Assembly: GCA_045863295.1 (NCBI GenBank) | Contig: BTWA01000039.1 | Location: 1-57,193 of the forward strand | From: Candidatus Hydrogenedentota bacterium | GTDB lineage: Bacteria > Hydrogenedentota > Hydrogenedentia > Hydrogenedentales > SLHB01 | Direction of reading: 5' to 3' | Length of the DNA stretch: 57,193 nt | In this document: positions 48,048 to 57,193 of the stretch, piece by piece | Layout: the number at the start of each line of letters is the position of its first letter | How positions within the stretch are numbered: the stretch's first letter is position 1 | Position numbers and translations under genes: made by a program | Notes under the pieces: generated by a model | Databases searched by the model: none | The model's input: the letters and a program-made list of their open reading frames with translations, nothing else | Told to the model about the DNA's origin: nothing

Positions 48048-49631
48048 ATGATAAGAATCCGAGTCGCGTGTTCGCTCTTCCTGGCTGGTTGTATTTTCCT
48101 TGGCACTGCTGCCTCCTCCGAAGATATCACCCCGCTGCCTGTCACGCCTGAATTGGTGGCGCGTGGCGCGGAGGTCTATGCCCGGGAGTGTGTGGCCTGC
48201 CATGGCGTCGAGGGCCGCGGAGATGGCCCCGCTGCCTATCTCCTGTATCCAAAGCCCCGAAATCTGGTATCCGGTGAGTACCGAATTGTCTCCACCTGGG
48301 AGCGTGTTCCCACGGATCAAGATCTTTTTACCACGCTGACGCGGGGTATGCCGGGTTCTGCGATGCCGCCATTCAACCATCTGAACGTAGCTGATCGGTG
48401 GGGCGCTGTCTACTATATAAAGAGTCTCTCGCCACGCGAGTGGCCCGGTGATGTCCTTGAGTTGGCCAGTCAATCACAAGAAGGATTTCAGGGAATCGTC
48501 AGAGTGCCGCCACCAGTTCCCCTGACTCCGGAAGCACGGACAAAGGCTGCCGCACTGTTTGCTGAAGGTTGTGCCGCATGCCACGGGCCCACTGGACGAA
48601 ATGACGGTCCACTTAAGCAGTTTGATTCGGATGGCGTACCAACCCGGCCACGCGATCTTACCAAGGGAATTTATAAAGGGCCAGCCACTTACGAGTCCGT
48701 GTATCGGCGGATTGTGGCCGGGATACCGGGCACCCCCATGCCCATGAGTGATTGGGCAGAAGGAGAGACGGCTGCCCTGTTGGCGCAGTACGTTTTGGAA
48801 CTGTCTTCGTCCAAGCAACGCGATAGCTACGAATCCCGCCGCGAATCGCTTCTCGCCGTCCGTCGCGACCGGATTCCTGATCATCCGGACTCCAGTGAAT
48901 GGCAATCGACCTCTCCAATCGGGGTTCGTATCACGCCGCTATGGTGGCGTGATGAATATGCCGGACACATTACTGCCCGGGCCATGCACGATGGCAAGGA
49001 CATTGCGTTTCAATTGATTTGGACCGATACGACGCACGATCACACCGCAATCCGAACGGAGGATTTTCGCGATGCGGTTGCCATCCAGATGTCTCCCGAA
49101 ATATCTCCGCCCTTCATCGGGATGGGCGGGCAAGACAGTCCGGTCAATATCTGGATGTGGAAGTCCGAACGACAGGCCAATCTGGAGACGGCCTTTCAGG
49201 ACATCGAAACCATCTACCCCAATATCGGTATCGACTCCTATCCGAATCCGGAAATGTCGCCACTGCAACAGCCGGCCCGCCACGCCCGCACACTAAAATC
49301 ATCGCCAACCTACATTACCGGCTGGGGGGCCGGCAACATTGTTTCCGATCCGGCCTATCGTCATTCGGCGGAGGACCTGGAAGCCCGTGGTTTTGGCACG
49401 CTGAAAGCCCGCCCGCAGGAACATCAAGCCGTCGCGGCCGTCGGCCGCTACGACACATCTACTTACGCCGTGACCTTCAAAAGAAGCCTGAAAGCACACC
49501 ACGCAAATCAACTGGATTTGATTCCTGGCTCCCGCATCTCCATCGCCTTTGCCGTGTGGGATGGAAGCATGGGGGACCGTGATGGAAAAAAGTGCGTTAC
49601 CACATGGCATGAACTAATAATCCAACCGTGA
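48048..49631 (+). CDS. Periplasmic diheme cytochrome c fused to an EbdC/NxrC-like heme-b domain
   Basis: Signal peptide, CVACHG, CAACHG, FRDAVAIQ, FIGMG, VNIWMWK, AFAVWDG...RDGKK. Confidence 0.82.
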   Translation: MIRIRVACSLFLAGCIFLGTAASSEDITPLPVTPELVARGAEVYARECVACHGVEGRGDGPAAYLLYPKPRNLVSGEYRIVSTWERVPTDQDLFTTLTRGMPGSAMPPFNHLNVADRWGAVYYIKSLSPREWPGDVLELASQSQEGFQGIVRVPPPVPLTPEARTKAAALFAEGCAACHGPTGRNDGPLKQFDSDGVPTRPRDLTKGIYKGPATYESVYRRIVAGIPGTPMPMSDWAEGETAALLAQYVLELSSSKQRDSYESRRESLLAVRRDRIPDHPDSSEWQSTSPIGVRITPLWWRDEYAGHITARAMHDGKDIAFQLIWTDTTHDHTAIRTEDFRDAVAIQMSPEISPPFIGMGGQDSPVNIWMWKSERQANLETAFQDIETIYPNIGIDSYPNPEMSPLQQPARHARTLKSSPTYITGWGAGNIVSDPAYRHSAEDLEARGFGTLKARPQEHQAVAAVGRYDTSTYAVTFKRSLKAHHANQLDLIPGSRISIAFAVWDGSMGDRDGKKCVTTWHELIIQP

Positions 49632-49663
49632 CCATCCGCGGGATTTAGATTGGGAGGGGTGCA

Positions 49664-52600
49664 ATGAACGACGAAAGATTATGCGACACGGTGAGCAGAC
49701 GCAAATTTCTGCAGGTGCTCGGTGTCGGCCTTGCAGGCCTCCCCTTGGGAATCTTGCATGCTCCGGATTCCAACACAAATCCACTGGCGGGCACCGTCGG
49801 GCGGGACTGGGAAAAGATCTATCGGGATCAGTTCCGCTACGACTCCATGTTCGACTGGGTATGCTCACCCAACGACACTCACGCGTGCCGGATCCGGGCG
49901 TACGTGCGCAACGGAATTGTGACGCGTCTCGGTTCGACCTATGACTACCAGGACTATGCCGATCTTTACGGCAACAAGGCCACGGTTAACTGGAACCCCC
50001 GCCAGTGCGCGAAGGGCTATACCTTTCACCGGGTGATCTATGGCCCCTATCGCCTGCGCTATCCCATTATCCGAAAGGGCTGGAAGGAATGGGCCGACGC
50101 GGGATATCCGATCCTGACGCCGGAACTTCGCACGCAGTACAAGTTCGATTCCCGCGGCAGCGACGAATTCGTGCGTGTGAATTGGGAAGATGTATTCAAA
50201 TACGTGGCGGGCGGCCTGCGGTCGGTTGCGGTCAACTATAGCGGGAATAATGGAACGCAACGCCTGCTATCCCAGGGCTATCAACCGGAGATGGTGGCCG
50301 AGACCCAGGGCGCCGGAACCCGCTGCATCAAAATGCGCGGCGGCATGGGGCTGCTCGGGGTTATGGGCAAGTATGGCATGTACCGTCTTAACAACTCGTT
50401 GGCCCTCCTTGACGTTGCTGTGCGCGGTGTGGATTCGAAACAGGCGCTTGCCGGCCGGAACTGGTCGAACTACACGTGGCACGGCGATCAGGCGCCAGGA
50501 CAGCCCTGGGTTCATGGCCTCCAGGCATCGGACTGTGATTTTAACGATTTACGTTTCTCGAAGCTGATTGTCATGGACGGAAAGAACCTCGTCGAGAATA
50601 AGATGACCGATTCACACTGGTTCATCGAGTGCATGGAACGGGGCGCCAAGATCGTGGTGATCGCACCCGAGTACGGGCCGCCCAGCACAAAGGCAGACTA
50701 TTGGATACCGATCCGTCCCGCCACAGACGCGGCGCTGTGGCTTGGCGTGACAAAACTCTTGATCGACAACAAGAATTACGACGAGAGCTTCGTAAGGCAG
50801 TTCACCGATTTTCCCCTGCTGGTGCGCAAGGACAATCTTAAACGCCTGCGCGCAGCAGAACTGATTCCCGGTTATCAGCCGGGACTCAAGCCAGAGGGCG
50901 CGTCGATGAGGCTTCAGAACCTCACGAAGGAACAGTACGCCGAACTTAGCGACTTTGCCGGATGGGACACGAAGACCGATGCCCCTGTGGCCATAACGCG
51001 CGACGAGGTCGGAGTGCATCTGGACGCGAAGGGGGTGGACCTTGCTCTCGACGGTAACTATACCGTAACGCTGGTCAGCGGCGAGACGGTCGAAGTAGCG
51101 CCCTTATGGACCTTGTATCAAGAGCATCTCAAGGACTATGACATCGACACCGTCTGCGATATTACGCAGGCCCCAAGGGATTTGATACTGCAGCTCGCAG
51201 AGGACATTGCAACCATACGGCCGTGTACGATTCATCAAGGCGAGGGCATCAATCACTGGTTTCATGCGACTGAAATGAATCGGGCTGCCTATCTTCCGAT
51301 AATGCTCACCGGCAACATCGGGAAGCCTGGAGCGGGCTGCCATACCTGGGCGGGTAACTACAAATCGGCGCTATTCCAGGGATCGCCCTGGACCGGCCCG
51401 GGGTACAAGGGCTGGGTGGCCGAAGATCCGTTCAATCTCACGCTCGATCCGGAGGCGCCCGGCAAATCGGTCCACACCCACGCGTATACCAAGGATGAGG
51501 AGCCGGCCTATTGGAATCACGGGGACAAGGCGCTAATCGTCGATACGCCGAAAATGGGACATAAGAACTTCACGGGCAAGACACACATGCCTACACCCAC
51601 AAAGGCGATCGTATTCACGAATGTAAATCTTATCAATAACGCCAAGTGGGTCTACGAAATGGTAAAAAATGTAAACCCTCTGGTGGATATGATCGTCTCG
51701 GTAGACGTTCAAATGACGGCCTCCATCGAATATGCGGACATCGCTCTGCCTGCAAATTCCTGGCTCGAGTTCGAAGGGCTGGAGATTACCGCATCCTGTT
51801 CGAACCCCTTCCTCCAAATCTGGAAAGGCGGAATTCCCCCTGTCTTCGACAGCAAAGACGACCTGACCATTCTGGCCGGCGTCGCGAACGCCTTGGGCGA
51901 CCTCACAGGCGATCCGCGCTTTTACGACACGTTCCACTTTGAGAACGAGGGCAAGCGAAACGTTTATATTCAGCGGCTGCTCGACACCTCGACCACCACC
52001 ACCGGATACAATCTTGACGATATCATGGCCGGTAAATACGGTCCCTCCGGCGGTTGCCTCTTGAACTTTCGCACCTACCCCCGGATTCCATTCTATGAGC
52101 AGGTACATTTCTCCGAACCCTTCTTTACTGACACCGGCCGCCTCCACGCCTATGCGGACACGCCGGAAGCCATCGAGTATGGCGAAAACTTCATCGTCCA
52201 TCGTGAAGGTCCAGAGGCCTCACCCTATCTCCCCAACGTGATCATAAGTTCCAACCCCTTGGTGCGGCCAGAGGATTACGGCATCCCGCTTGATGCCGAA
52301 CATTGGGATGACCGCACAATACGAAATATAAAGATGCCTTGGGCCGAGGCGAAAAAGACCAAGAATTTTCTGTGGGAAAAGGGCTACCAGTTTATCTGCC
52401 TCACCCCGAAAACCCGACATCGCGTGCATAGCAGCTGGTCGAATGTAGATTGGCACATGATGTACGACTCAAATTTTGGCGATCCGTACCGGATCGACAA
52501 GCGATCTCCCACGATAGGGGAACATCAGCTTCATATGAACCCCCAAGCCGCCCGCGATCTTGGCATCGAGGATGGCGACTATGTCTACGTGGATGCGAAT

Positions 52601-53113
52601 CCGGCGGATCGCCCGTATATGGGCGCATCGCCGGATGACCCGTTCTACAAAGTGTCCCGCTGCATGTTACGTGTGAAGTACAATCACGCCTATCCCTATG
52701 ACGTGATCATGATGAAGCACGGTCCGTTTATCGCGACGGAGCGCAGCGTAAAAGCCCACGAAACACGAGCCGATGGACGAGCGCTTTCGGAGAACACGGG
52801 CTATCAAGCCAACATGCGCTATGGCTCGCAGCAATCGATCACGCGCAATTGGCATATGCCGATGCATCAGACCGACAGCCTTTTTCATAAGTCAAAGGCC
52901 ACTATCGGTTTCTTATTCGGCGGCGAAGCCGACAATCATGCCGTCAATACCGTGCCCAAAGAAGCGCTCGTCAAGGTGACAAAGGCCGAAGACGGTGGTC
53001 TTGGCGGCAAGGGGGTCTGGAGCCCCACCCTGTCGGGGATGGCGCCGGACAACGAGAATGAGGCCATGATGAAGTACCTAGAAGGCGGTTATTCTGGCGA
53101 AACGTTTTTCTGA
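49664..53113 (+). CDS. nxrA: Periplasmic nitrite oxidoreductase/nitrate reductase alpha subunit, Nitrospira/anammox type
   Basis: Tat motif SRRKFL; CSPNDTHAC, WNPRQC.KG, YTWHGDQAPG, TPKTRHRVHS, QQSITRNW. Confidence 0.9.
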   Translation: MNDERLCDTVSRRKFLQVLGVGLAGLPLGILHAPDSNTNPLAGTVGRDWEKIYRDQFRYDSMFDWVCSPNDTHACRIRAYVRNGIVTRLGSTYDYQDYADLYGNKATVNWNPRQCAKGYTFHRVIYGPYRLRYPIIRKGWKEWADAGYPILTPELRTQYKFDSRGSDEFVRVNWEDVFKYVAGGLRSVAVNYSGNNGTQRLLSQGYQPEMVAETQGAGTRCIKMRGGMGLLGVMGKYGMYRLNNSLALLDVAVRGVDSKQALAGRNWSNYTWHGDQAPGQPWVHGLQASDCDFNDLRFSKLIVMDGKNLVENKMTDSHWFIECMERGAKIVVIAPEYGPPSTKADYWIPIRPATDAALWLGVTKLLIDNKNYDESFVRQFTDFPLLVRKDNLKRLRAAELIPGYQPGLKPEGASMRLQNLTKEQYAELSDFAGWDTKTDAPVAITRDEVGVHLDAKGVDLALDGNYTVTLVSGETVEVAPLWTLYQEHLKDYDIDTVCDITQAPRDLILQLAEDIATIRPCTIHQGEGINHWFHATEMNRAAYLPIMLTGNIGKPGAGCHTWAGNYKSALFQGSPWTGPGYKGWVAEDPFNLTLDPEAPGKSVHTHAYTKDEEPAYWNHGDKALIVDTPKMGHKNFTGKTHMPTPTKAIVFTNVNLINNAKWVYEMVKNVNPLVDMIVSVDVQMTASIEYADIALPANSWLEFEGLEITASCSNPFLQIWKGGIPPVFDSKDDLTILAGVANALGDLTGDPRFYDTFHFENEGKRNVYIQRLLDTSTTTTGYNLDDIMAGKYGPSGGCLLNFRTYPRIPFYEQVHFSEPFFTDTGRLHAYADTPEAIEYGENFIVHREGPEASPYLPNVIISSNPLVRPEDYGIPLDAEHWDDRTIRNIKMPWAEAKKTKNFLWEKGYQFICLTPKTRHRVHSSWSNVDWHMMYDSNFGDPYRIDKRSPTIGEHQLHMNPQAARDLGIEDGDYVYVDANPADRPYMGASPDDPFYKVSRCMLRVKYNHAYPYDVIMMKHGPFIATERSVKAHETRADGRALSENTGYQANMRYGSQQSITRNWHMPMHQTDSLFHKSKATIGFLFGGEADNHAVNTVPKEALVKVTKAEDGGLGGKGVWSPTLSGMAPDNENEAMMKYLEGGYSGETFF

Positions 53114-53133
53114 CCACGAAGCGAGATATACCA

Positions 53134-53451
53134 ATGCCATACAACCATCCAGAATCCGGCGACCCCTTGGTGCTAAACGGCGTTGCCTTTGAAACTTCGC
53201 CCGAAACTGCCCTTGAGGCCGCCTATGTCTTCGCCGAGGAGTTGGCGCGGCTGGGCCATTCCGAGCAAGCCATTCTCTGTCTGTTTAAGTCCCCCGAGTA
53301 TCAAGGACCCTACAGCGCATTCCAGGTGCTGGGCGCCGATACGGTCTCCCGCGCGGTCAGGGAATGTTGCGAGACAATGTCCGCTTGCCGCGCCGTGATT
53401 CGGGCACGTCACGGAGCCGGCCCCTCTGTCGAAAAGACGACGCCCTTATGA
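53134..53451 (+). CDS. Small hypothetical protein between nxrA and nxrB
   Basis: 105-aa co-oriented ORF (DPLVLNGV...FAEELARLG...LFKSPEY). Confidence 0.65.
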   Translation: MPYNHPESGDPLVLNGVAFETSPETALEAAYVFAEELARLGHSEQAILCLFKSPEYQGPYSAFQVLGADTVSRAVRECCETMSACRAVIRARHGAGPSVEKTTPL

Positions 53452-53523
53452 GTTCAGGACCACAAACCATGTCTGAACCGCAGTACATCCCGCTCTTCCG
53501 AATGGACTGCCAAGGAGACCCTG

Positions 53524-54792
53524 ATGGCACGTGTCTATAACTGGCATCTCGGCCGGGAGATGGAGTATCCCCATGAGGCTGCCTACCCCAAGCAGCAGTT
53601 CGCGTTCGTCTTCAACACGAACCGCTGTATCGGCTGCCAGACTTGCACGATGGCCTGCAAGTCGACCTGGACATTTAGCAAGGGTCAGGAGAACATGTGG
53701 TGGGCAAATGTGGAAACGAAACCCTACGGCGGCTACCCCCAGCACTGGGACGTTAAAATACTTAAGTTGATGCAGGATGCTAATCCAGACGCGCAGACCT
53801 GGACGCCGGGAGACGGTACCGATCCGCGGCAGCCCTACGGCACCTTCGACGGGAAGACCATATTTGAGTCTGCGGGAAAAGCGCTGACTCCCGACAGCGC
53901 GCGGGTACTGGGCTACCTTCCCCGAGACGAGGAGTGGATAAACCCGAACATCTACGAGGACAATCCATCGGGCAAGACAGGAATCAAAGGCCAATACGAC
54001 CCCAGCGGCACTTCCCTGCCGGAGCACAAAACGTGGTTTTTTTACCTAGCGCGCATCTGCAATCACTGCCAGTATCCTGCCTGTCTCGCTGCATGCCCGC
54101 GCAACGCAGTGTACAAGCGTCCCGAAGACGGGATCGTCCTTATCAATCAGCAGGAGTGCCGCGGCTATAGGAAGTGCGTCGAAGCCTGCCCATACAAGAA
54201 ATCGATGTATCGGGGCAATACTCGTATCTCGGAGAAATGCATCGGCTGCTACCCGCGGGTAGAAGGCTCCGATCCCGAGAGCGGCGGTGTTCCCATGGAA
54301 ACACGTTGTATGGCTGCCTGCATCGGCCAAATTCGCATGCAGGGCTGTGTACAGCTGAATGCAGACGGGACATGGGCAGAAGATCGAAATCATCCGCTGT
54401 ATTATCTCGTCCATGTCGCCAAGGTCGCCCTGCCCCTCTACCCCCAATTGGGCACCGAACCCAATGGCTACTACATTCCTCCACGCTGGGTTCCACGTTC
54501 CTATCTTTACCAAATGTTCGGCCCAGGCGTGGACGCCGCCATTGAGCGCTATATGTATCCCGACCGGGAATTGCTTGCCGTCTTACAGTTATTCCGGCGT
54601 TCAAACCGGATCATTTACCGCTACCGGGTTGAAGAAGGCCCAAAAGTCTACGAGGGTACACTTCGAGGTAAACACTTTGAAATGTATGATGACACCGTTA
54701 TTGCGTATGGGGCGAACGGCGAGGAACTCTTCCGGACAACGGTTGAGGAGCCCGTCTATGTGCGCCCCGAGGCACATCAGAATTCCATCTAG
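53524..54792 (+). CDS. nxrB: NXR beta (Fe-S) subunit
   Basis: VYNWHLGREM.YP, NRCIGCQTCTMACK, ICNHCQYPACLAACP, LYPQLGTEPNGYYIPPRW; AGGAG RBS. Confidence 0.92.
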   Translation: MARVYNWHLGREMEYPHEAAYPKQQFAFVFNTNRCIGCQTCTMACKSTWTFSKGQENMWWANVETKPYGGYPQHWDVKILKLMQDANPDAQTWTPGDGTDPRQPYGTFDGKTIFESAGKALTPDSARVLGYLPRDEEWINPNIYEDNPSGKTGIKGQYDPSGTSLPEHKTWFFYLARICNHCQYPACLAACPRNAVYKRPEDGIVLINQQECRGYRKCVEACPYKKSMYRGNTRISEKCIGCYPRVEGSDPESGGVPMETRCMAACIGQIRMQGCVQLNADGTWAEDRNHPLYYLVHVAKVALPLYPQLGTEPNGYYIPPRWVPRSYLYQMFGPGVDAAIERYMYPDRELLAVLQLFRRSNRIIYRYRVEEGPKVYEGTLRGKHFEMYDDTVIAYGANGEELFRTTVEEPVYVRPEAHQNSI

Positions 54793-54805
54793 GGAATCCG
54801 CGATC

Positions 54806-55582
54806 ATGATCACTGAAAACCTGCCTAGCGCGAATGAGACCACGCTCGCACGGTCCGCCCTCTATGGCGTGTTGGCTTTGGCTTTACATAATCCGAGCCA
54901 CCCGCGCTTCTGTAGCTTTTCCTGGCAGGAGGAGATCGACGCCCTGCGCGAGGCGATCGCTTTTGTGCGGGGAACGCAGTCTGGCCCGTTGGAGGCCGCC
55001 GTCACTGCTTTGGCGCAGGCCGCCGGGAAAACTAGTCACGAAGCGATACGAAACGCCTATGTCAGGCTGTTCGGACATACGGCCCGCGGCCAGGTTCCGC
55101 CCTATGAAACCGAATATGGAACCGGCGGCCCGTTTACGCAACCGCAGGAAATGAGTGATATTGTGGGCTTCTACCGGGCTTTCGGACTTGATGTTGACCC
55201 CGTTAAGCGCGAAAGACTCGATCATATTTCGTGCGAATGCGAGTTTATGTGCTTTCTATGTGCCAGGGAAGTCCGTGCCGTGGAATCGAATGACGAGAAC
55301 ACCGCGGAGGCGGTCCAAAGGGCGCAACGCCTTTTTCTACGCGATCATTTGGGTGCGTTTGCCCGAACTTTCTTCGCAGACCTCTCCCGCCAGCCGGCGG
55401 CGCCTTGGCACGCGGCGATCGCCGGGCTAGGCGCGCGCTTTATCGACGCCGAATGCGAGCGATTCGAGCTTGCGATATCGCCGGCTTATTTAACTTTGCG
55501 GCCTATCGAGGAAGTCGCCGTGCCCATGGCCTGCGGGAGTTGCGACGGCCCCTGTGAGAGCGGCGATGTGCAAAACCCCTGA
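54806..55582 (+). CDS. TorD/DmsD-family molybdoenzyme chaperone
   Basis: YVRLFGH, PPYETEY, DIVGFYRAFG, ERLDHISCECEFM, FLRDHLG. Confidence 0.88.
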   Translation: MITENLPSANETTLARSALYGVLALALHNPSHPRFCSFSWQEEIDALREAIAFVRGTQSGPLEAAVTALAQAAGKTSHEAIRNAYVRLFGHTARGQVPPYETEYGTGGPFTQPQEMSDIVGFYRAFGLDVDPVKRERLDHISCECEFMCFLCAREVRAVESNDENTAEAVQRAQRLFLRDHLGAFARTFFADLSRQPAAPWHAAIAGLGARFIDAECERFELAISPAYLTLRPIEEVAVPMACGSCDGPCESGDVQNP

Positions 55583-56381
55583 CACTATGGCTGAATTAAA
55601 AAAGTTCGATCCGGGCCGCCCAGACGGTGCACAACGCGCACATGGCGCAGTCGGCATCGAGTACCACCCTGCTCTCGTGGAGCAAACCTTATTTCTCGCA
55701 ATGGCCGGCCACCCCGAGCGGGTGGCTTACCATGCCGCGCGAGAAGCCTGCTACCGAGAATCAGATCCAGAACAGCGCGATCGCCTATTCCTCCGGTTGG
55801 AGACGGAATGGTTCGTGAAACTCGATCTGGCCAGGCCGGTTATTGACGCACTGGCTGAATGGCCGTCGGTTTTCTCGCGCGTACATCGCTGTATTCTCGC
55901 GCCCGCTATAAGACGCCGTGATGGGTTCGCGGAACTATATGGAATTAACCCAATGGATAAGCTAAAGCCCAACCTGCTTATCCGTCTGGATGTTGACTTA
56001 TTCGGGCACCCGTCCCAGATGCAGACCTTCATGCGCCGTGAACTTATGCACATCGACGACATGCTCGATCCCGCATTCGAATATGACCCGTCGCTGAGCC
56101 AGTTCTTTGATGAGTGCGGTATGCCCAATGCCTTGCGGGATCGTTACCGGGTTCTATGGGATGCGTATGTTGACGGACGTATCTCCGCACGGTTTAACAC
56201 GGGAATTGATTTCCGGACGCGAAACAAAACCGAGTTTAACCGGCTTTTTCGCGTTCTTGGCTCCCAATGCAACGATGCATTTAGCTGGATTTTCGGTGCG
56301 CCCACACTAAGCCACCCGGAGATTCTGGGATATGCGCGCGCGCCGCTCAAGTTGTTGGAAAACATCGACCCCACACGATAA
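55554..56381 (+). CDS. Hypothetical protein, last gene of the nxr operon
   Basis: 275-aa co-oriented ORF containing RELMHIDDMLDPAFEY. True start may be 55566 or 55587. Confidence 0.65.
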   Translation: MRAAMCKTPDTMAELKKFDPGRPDGAQRAHGAVGIEYHPALVEQTLFLAMAGHPERVAYHAAREACYRESDPEQRDRLFLRLETEWFVKLDLARPVIDALAEWPSVFSRVHRCILAPAIRRRDGFAELYGINPMDKLKPNLLIRLDVDLFGHPSQMQTFMRRELMHIDDMLDPAFEYDPSLSQFFDECGMPNALRDRYRVLWDAYVDGRISARFNTGIDFRTRNKTEFNRLFRVLGSQCNDAFSWIFGAPTLSHPEILGYARAPLKLLENIDPTR

Positions 56382-56619
56382 GTAATTTGGTAGGTCATGA
56401 GGCAAGCTTGCGTACACGTGATTCTTAGTCAAGTAAGGGGGAAGGGAATTTCGCCGATCCGTTGAGGCCCGGATGAGAGCGGCGCGGTAGGGGCTGTCCA
56501 TCTCCGGAACGGGGCGAACGACCTCTGCCGCATCCGGGCCCTCGCGCCAAATCTTGTAGCCTGCGCATGCGCAGCATTGTGCCCTCGGTGCCGTAGTCCG
56601 AGCCTTTGATGGGGCGGGC

Positions 56620-56655
56620 TAACAGTTTGTCGGACATCTGTTAGCATCCGACAAA
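56620..56655. repeat. IS-end-like repeat and hairpin
   Basis: TAACAGTTTGTCGGAC is the reverse complement of 33126-33141. Local stem TTTGTCGGA...TCCGACAAA. Confidence 0.65.
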
Positions 56656-56705
56656 TAGGTAGTCTGCAGAATTGAGATTGGTTCGGGTGCCACCTCCAAA
56701 CTTCG

Positions 56706-57012
56706 GAGGCCGTCTCAAAACCGCCGTCTTGTTTCCAATTTTTCGGTATTTGAATTGGGCTTCCAGCGAGGAAACCCTTTTTCTTGTTGTGTGTTACGCG
56801 CACCTTGCTGTTAATTGGCCCAAGACACTTGTTTTTGGTGCTGTTCGAGGGCGGTACTTCTTCCATATGCGGTATATCGTGCTCAAATTCACCGTGAGGC
56901 ACAGAGAGGCCTATTGCCGTCCAGCGCATTCTCATTTTGAAGGCGGCAGGTTTCTTCCCTCGCCTCCGCAAGTTTCCTGCGGAGTTGCTCATCTCCGTTT
57001 TGCGACACACGC
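56706..57012 (-). mobile_element. Internally deleted IS remnant (IS1182/IS5-like ends)
   Basis: Ends GAGGCCGTCTCAAAAC and (reverse complement) GCGTGTGTCGCAAAAC (11/16). Internal frame Q*ASLCLTVNLSTIYRIW resembles a transposase C-terminus. Confidence 0.4.
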
Positions 57013-57030
57013 TACTCCGCCTCTGCGCGC

Positions 57031-57144
57031 TTAGTCATCGCCGGGGTTGTCCAAGTACCGTTTTCCAACATCTGTCAGACGATACCGCTGCTTGCTGCTC
57101 CGAGGTTTGTCTGGAATGGTCATTTCGGCGAGGCCATCTTCTAG
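57031..57144 (-). pseudogene. C-terminal fragment of a Fic-like/wHTH protein
   Basis: LEDGLAEMTIPDKPRSSKQRYRLT. The open frame breaks just upstream of CTAG at 57141-57144. Confidence 0.65.
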
Positions 57145-57193
57145 ACAATTTTAACTTTTTATACCTACGACACAGTGCCGAAAGTAACCTGCC

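Noticed and set aside
56429..57010. 193-aa minus-strand ORF
   Set aside because: Crosses IS debris and has no coherent domain.
1..57193. CRISPR array, rRNA or integrase gene
   Set aside because: No regularly spaced repeats, rRNA-like sequence or recombinase catalytic motifs were seen by eye.

Overview
A GC-rich bacterial accessory region with four blocks. (1) 1-15.9 kb, minus strand: one co-oriented defence-like operon in the order HTH-SNF2 helicase-DUF3883, SbcD-like nuclease, SbcC-like ATPase, UvrD helicase, caspase-like protease, DUF1156 DNA methyltransferase, PD-(D/E)xK-like protein and DUF499 ATPase (runs off the window edge). This is a DUF499/DUF1156/SNF2 'restriction-like' core carrying five extra genes. 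(2) 17-30.5 kb: stress and metal cargo, namely an ArsR-rhodanese/phosphorylase/methyltransferase/DsrE operon, a TetR/GT39/hydrolase operon, a ChrB-led DUF1080/DUF1259/beta-propeller/ABC cluster, and relics of an HTH gene and a heavy-metal P-type ATPase. (3) 30.6-33.1 kb: an Rrf2-ric-hemerythrin module cut by an IS5-family element whose transposase has a nonsense codon. (4) 33.1-56.6 kb: a nitrogen-oxide respiration island. A cytoplasmic narCGHJI operon, whose NarI is fused through an internal Tat motif to a Rieske domain and followed by cytochrome b and c genes, is divergent from a Tat-exported Nitrospira/anammox-type nxr operon. An Rrf2 gene and four 18-bp boxes (GTGGATA-N4-TATCCAC) lie between them. 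The island is bracketed by an exact 16-bp inverted repeat and followed by IS debris. All family calls come from motif recognition by eye; no database searches were run.
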